The notes below the pieces were generated by a model. It searched no databases. It was given only the letters and a program-made list of their open reading frames with translations, and was not told the DNA's origin. DNA of 64,000 bases from Lytechinus pictus (taxonomy: Eukaryota), in the NCBI RefSeq assembly GCF_037042905.1, contig NC_087249.1:3410001-3474000 (forward strand), in the 5' to 3' direction. Each line of letters begins with the position of its first letter. The stretch's first letter is position 1. Below are positions 59,701 to 64,000 of the stretch, in pieces. Both the position numbers and the translations under genes were made by a program.

Positions 59701-62700
59701 TCGGTGTTTGATATTTGGTTTAATTTAAACTGCAGACTATAGATATTAAAAATTTATTAAAATTTCAAGCATCAAAATGTGCAATTTGAAACATTAGCTG
59801 AATTAATTATTGATGATTCAGAAAATCTTTTTGTATTGGACTCATTTGAGATCAAATTCATGGATAACTTTACATATGGCTTTGTGGAACAGCCTCCGTA
59901 TCACATTGTTTCCAATATATGATTGATATTACACTCAATTTGACTTAATTTGAATGATTGCAGTATCTCTAAAAAAAAACCTAGAAATTACAAGTAGACT
60001 AAATTCCACAAACATTTGAAGTTCACATGTGATACATTTGCCAACATCTAACCTCAACTATTATATTGAATTTAAGAAACATTTTTATTTTTCTCATGAA
60101 ATGATGATAAGATATTTTGAATTTTGTTAGATTTTCTTTGCTGTGATTGAAATCAAGTTCTCTAATTTGTTTTCCTCACCAGAACTTGTAAGTGGAATGA
60201 GAAGACCTCACCATGCCATGTCTTCCCTGTTGTATCAGAGGGATGTCATTCTTTAGGAGATGCTCTGAGGGAGATGGAGAGAAAGTCACTGATCAGGTCT
60301 CATTTCATCCTTGTGACAGGAAACCTAGTCTCCAATCTCAAGCTTAAAGATGTCCTAGAAATGCACAAGTGAGTTCTGAGAAGTATTAATCTCTTAAATC
60401 TTGGAAAAAGGAGATGGAGGTTCAAGAAATACACAAGTATATTTGGAAAATGTGCAAGTACAGTTAAGAAATGTAAAAGTCTTATTTACAATGGAGAGCC
60501 TTGTAAAAATAAGGCTATGTTGATTTTAGGTTTATATTACTCAGGATTATTATACTTCAGGAAGAACTTGTTAACTTTGTTAATAGCTTGATTTGTACAC
60601 AGTAATCTCTACCAATAGTTGTGATTCCTATTCAATTACTAATGAAAATCTGTTTCTTATTGAAAAGATTCATGTTTATTACTCTGCTCTCTTTTTTTTC
60701 ACTGCAGGAAAAGATTCCAGAAGGACAAACTCTCAGCAATCACTCTTGTCTTCAAAGAGGTTTATCCAGGTCACAGGTCAAGGTCAAGTGAGGGGGAATT
60801 TGTAGTTGCCTTGGATACCAATCAACAAATTAGTCACTACCAAAAGGTCCAGAAGAAGAAGGAGGTTCATTTTCCAGCAGTAAGCCAGTGCCGATTAACA
60901 TTTCAGAAAACCTAAGGAAAGATAGGTGAAAAAAGAAAGAAAAAAGAATAAGGAGGAAGGAAATAAGTAAATGAATGAATCAATGAAACGATTAAGAAAT
61001 AATTAAATGAATAAGCAAATTGGTAGATAAGTGAGTAAATAAATGAATAAATAACTGGATAACTGTAGTGGAGGCTGTTAATATTTTTTTCATATTTTAA
61101 TATTTCCAGTGGCAGGTTGTTTCAAAATTAATGAACTCAGTAACATGTTAACTGATAATGAAAATCTTGAAGAATTTCTTAAACTTTTAGGCACAGTAGC
61201 TCAGAGAAATTTTATACTGTATATGCATTGTTAATCATAAGATACCAGATTGCATACATAAATCTGACAATATTTATTTTCTATTGCAGAGATTATTTAA
61301 AGAGAACAGTAGAGTGAATGTGCGATATAATCTACTCAACACTCATATATGCATCTGTTCACCAAGGGTATCAGAGCTCTTTGTGGATAATTTTGATTAC
61401 CAAACCATGGATGATTTCATCAAAGGAGTCTTAGTTTCTGAAGAGGTAAGTTGTTTACAGTCAACAGAACCACCTTATTGAATAACCACACATTGTTGTT
61501 TTTTAGCAGTGCAAAGTGGAACTTATAATTGGTCTAAAATCCCATTTATGTGCAGTATTGCATTTATACATATTAATCAATGAGATAATGCATTAGATAT
61601 CCTTTGTGTGATGGTACTCAATCATAACCATCACATTTGAGTCTTTTTGAAATTGCCCGCTGTGTTCCTAATGATTTTTTTCATATGTGCTAAAAAAATG
61701 ATAAAGATATTGATTATCTCATTGTCATAAATCTAAAATTTTAAGAGATGTTTATGAGTGATTAAGTGCATTCACAGATACCAGGTCTGCCAGTGCTCGT
61801 ATAAGAAACAAAATAATAATAATAATCAGGACTTTGTTGATGTGACACAAAACTTGAATCCTTTTTCAAATACAATGACACAACATTCCAACTTAATTAT
61901 GATGGTCTGTATTGTTGTATGCTACCCACAACATATTTTTAGATTTTTGGCACATACCATACATGTATATGTTTCACATTTGTATTTGCCTTTTTTCTTG
62001 ATATATTCATGAAACAACCACAAAACAAATTTTTGGTCCAAAAGATCAAAATGTTAATAAATTACACCTAATAAATCAACAGTTGTTGAATAGTATTGTT
62101 AATCATTATGTTGCTATTGTAATTGATTTCAGATTGAAGGTAATAAGCTGTTCATGCACATCATACAGGATGACTATGCAGGAAATATGTCTAATCTTCC
62201 TCTTTATGATTCCATTAGGTAAGAAGTTATACTGCCCTCAACTCAAAGACACCAATCTTTTGAAATGTTGCCTTAATATAAAGTAGCACGGCACCCCTTT
62301 CTTTAGTTATTCTGTAGTCTTGGATATCATAATCTCCAAGTTTTATTATTAAAATATGTTATTTAGATATTCGTAGTTAATCAGAAGTGATGATCAGCAT
62401 TTCTTTTCGTTGTTCTTATGCAAATAAAAGTCTGGAGTAAGCCTAGACTTTAGAATTTAAAATTCAATAGGACAAATGTCTTTGCATAAATATACAATCA
62501 CTATTATTATTGATTGATTGATTTTTTTTTCCTTCAATTTTTTACTTTTTAAAAAACTTTTATGTATTTATCCATTATTTATCTATTTTAGTTATTTATT
62601 TAATTATTATATTTTTTTTTTTTGAGGGGATGTAACAAGATTGGTATTCACTTTGTGTTTTACATAGAAATTTCAACAAGGCCCTTTAAAAGCAGCAATT

Positions 62701-63187
62701 AGGTTAAAGGTCTGACTATCACAAAAAATACCCTTTATATTATCGTGGGATTTTCTTCTCAAGTCTTGAGCCCTGTTCCATTAAACTTATTTCCAACAAG
62801 AGTTGTCTGATGTAAAGTCTGCTATTAGCCAATGAAAGTGGACAATTTGAGTAGCATGTGATGATTAAGCATGACACTTCCCTTTTGTTAACAGGTTTCA
62901 TGGGTAGAATGATTGTGATATGATAATGAGATTGTCTGTTCTCAATGAAGATAATGAAGGAGTTTTGCTGAGTTTTTGTTAACAAAGAGATTAATATTAA
63001 TGGCACTAATGCAGATAAGTATGGAGAAGATGAGGCATGTTGATGTTAATTTTTCATTTGATTGTAGCAAAGATGTGATCCATAGATGGGCGTTTCCCAT
63101 GGTACCTGACAACCTCTCCGTTAGCAATGCTCCGTATTCATTATCAAGGCACAATGTTTACTTAGCGAAGGATGTCACATTAGAAAG
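56781..63187 (+). CDS. EIF2B5: Translation initiation factor eIF2B subunit epsilon, exons 1-7 (continues beyond window)
   Basis: Exons 56781-56906, 59300-59424, 60183-60368, 60708-60879, 61290-61445, 62133-62218, 63068-63187 splice in phase. Product reads [23 protein letters not shown]|[18 protein letters not shown]...SLGDALREM...FVDNFDYQ (NF motif)...[12 protein letters not shown], diagnostic of eIF2B epsilon. Confidence 0.95.
57541..58594. mobile_element. Harbinger-type non-autonomous element in EIF2B5 intron 1
   Basis: TIR GGGCCCGTTTCTCAACAC / GTGTTGAGAGACGGGCCC; 3-bp TSD CTG (57538-57540, 58595-58597). Confidence 0.8.
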
Positions 63188-64000
63188 GTGAGGTCAAACT
63201 CAGATGAGGGTCCTACAACACAAACCTTAGCAATTAATTATACAATTTATTTTAAGAATGGATTTTATATAGTTGATAATGTAATCAATTGTAAAAATCA
63301 GTCCTATGATCAATTGCTATACTTTGTGTTATTGGGTATAGTATTTTTTTTTTCTGACAGTTAACAAACAGTCTGTAGGTATAGTCATTGATTTGGTCCT
63401 CTATTAACTAGTGGGTATTAACGGGAGTCTAGCAAAAGTTCCATCCTGAAATGGTGCAGTAATGATTCCCTTTTGTGTCAGGTAGTCTGTAAATTCAGAC
63501 CCCTTATAGTATGTTTTGACAGACATGAGGCTTGCATCGTTTGTATTCCTGTAAGCCAGCAGAGTTCTTAAAAACAAAGCAATTAATATGGTTTGAGTAT
63601 TTTGAAGACTACATTGTGCTGTTGAAATCAGGGTACCGAGACCAGTAAATCCGTGCCTGGTTCAGTAAATCAAAGATCGGAAAGAAAACTAAGCAAAGTT
63701 GATGCTTATTCTTCACATATAAGTAGAAAATTGTATAGTTTGATCTGTACGTTGTACATTATTGTATATGAAGTCAAAGGAAATTTACTACCCCCCCTGC
63801 CCAGAAAGTAAAGAAAAAAGGAAAAGATAATTGTTTAAACAATATTGACTCCTTTTCCCAAATATTTTAACATGCATTTAAAAGCAAGCATAAAATCATT
63901 ACCATGATATAAAAGTTATGTTGATATTTAGTTGTTTGAAAAGATTATTTCTTGAAGAAAAAAAAGTTATGATTTGTTTAAATTGTTTCATAATTCATGA

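Overview
Repeat-rich, intron-containing animal genomic DNA, most likely an echinoderm/sea urchin (inferred from the repeat landscape and gene style, not proven). Three host genes lie on the + strand. (1) The last 18 coding exons of a PCSK5/PC5B (furin-2)-like proprotein convertase: furin-like Cys-rich repeats, a TM helix and an acidic tail, 2133-38997, followed by a probable ~5 kb 3'UTR. (2) A complete 6-exon clan-2-like cytochrome P450 (46010-51724). (3) The first 7 exons of eIF2B epsilon (EIF2B5, from 56781). One 14 kb convertase intron holds an intact BEL/Pao LTR retrotransposon on the - strand (5369-15163; 1076-bp LTRs that look identical, CTTTT TSD, one gag-pol ORF) and a 1.4 kb solo LTR. 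Also present: many non-autonomous DNA elements (TTAA/Kolobok-type, hAT-type, Harbinger-type, often nested three deep), two Helentron/HINE-like elements with internal tandem repeats, SINE/LINE remnants and a SINE-head-derived 81-bp minisatellite. Most interesting signal: the BEL element has no tRNA-type PBS. The 11 nt next to its 5' LTR are instead exactly complementary to a sequence that would be created by splicing a predicted intron inside its own LTR, suggesting possibly splice-dependent, Tf1-like self-priming. This is a hypothesis that needs testing.
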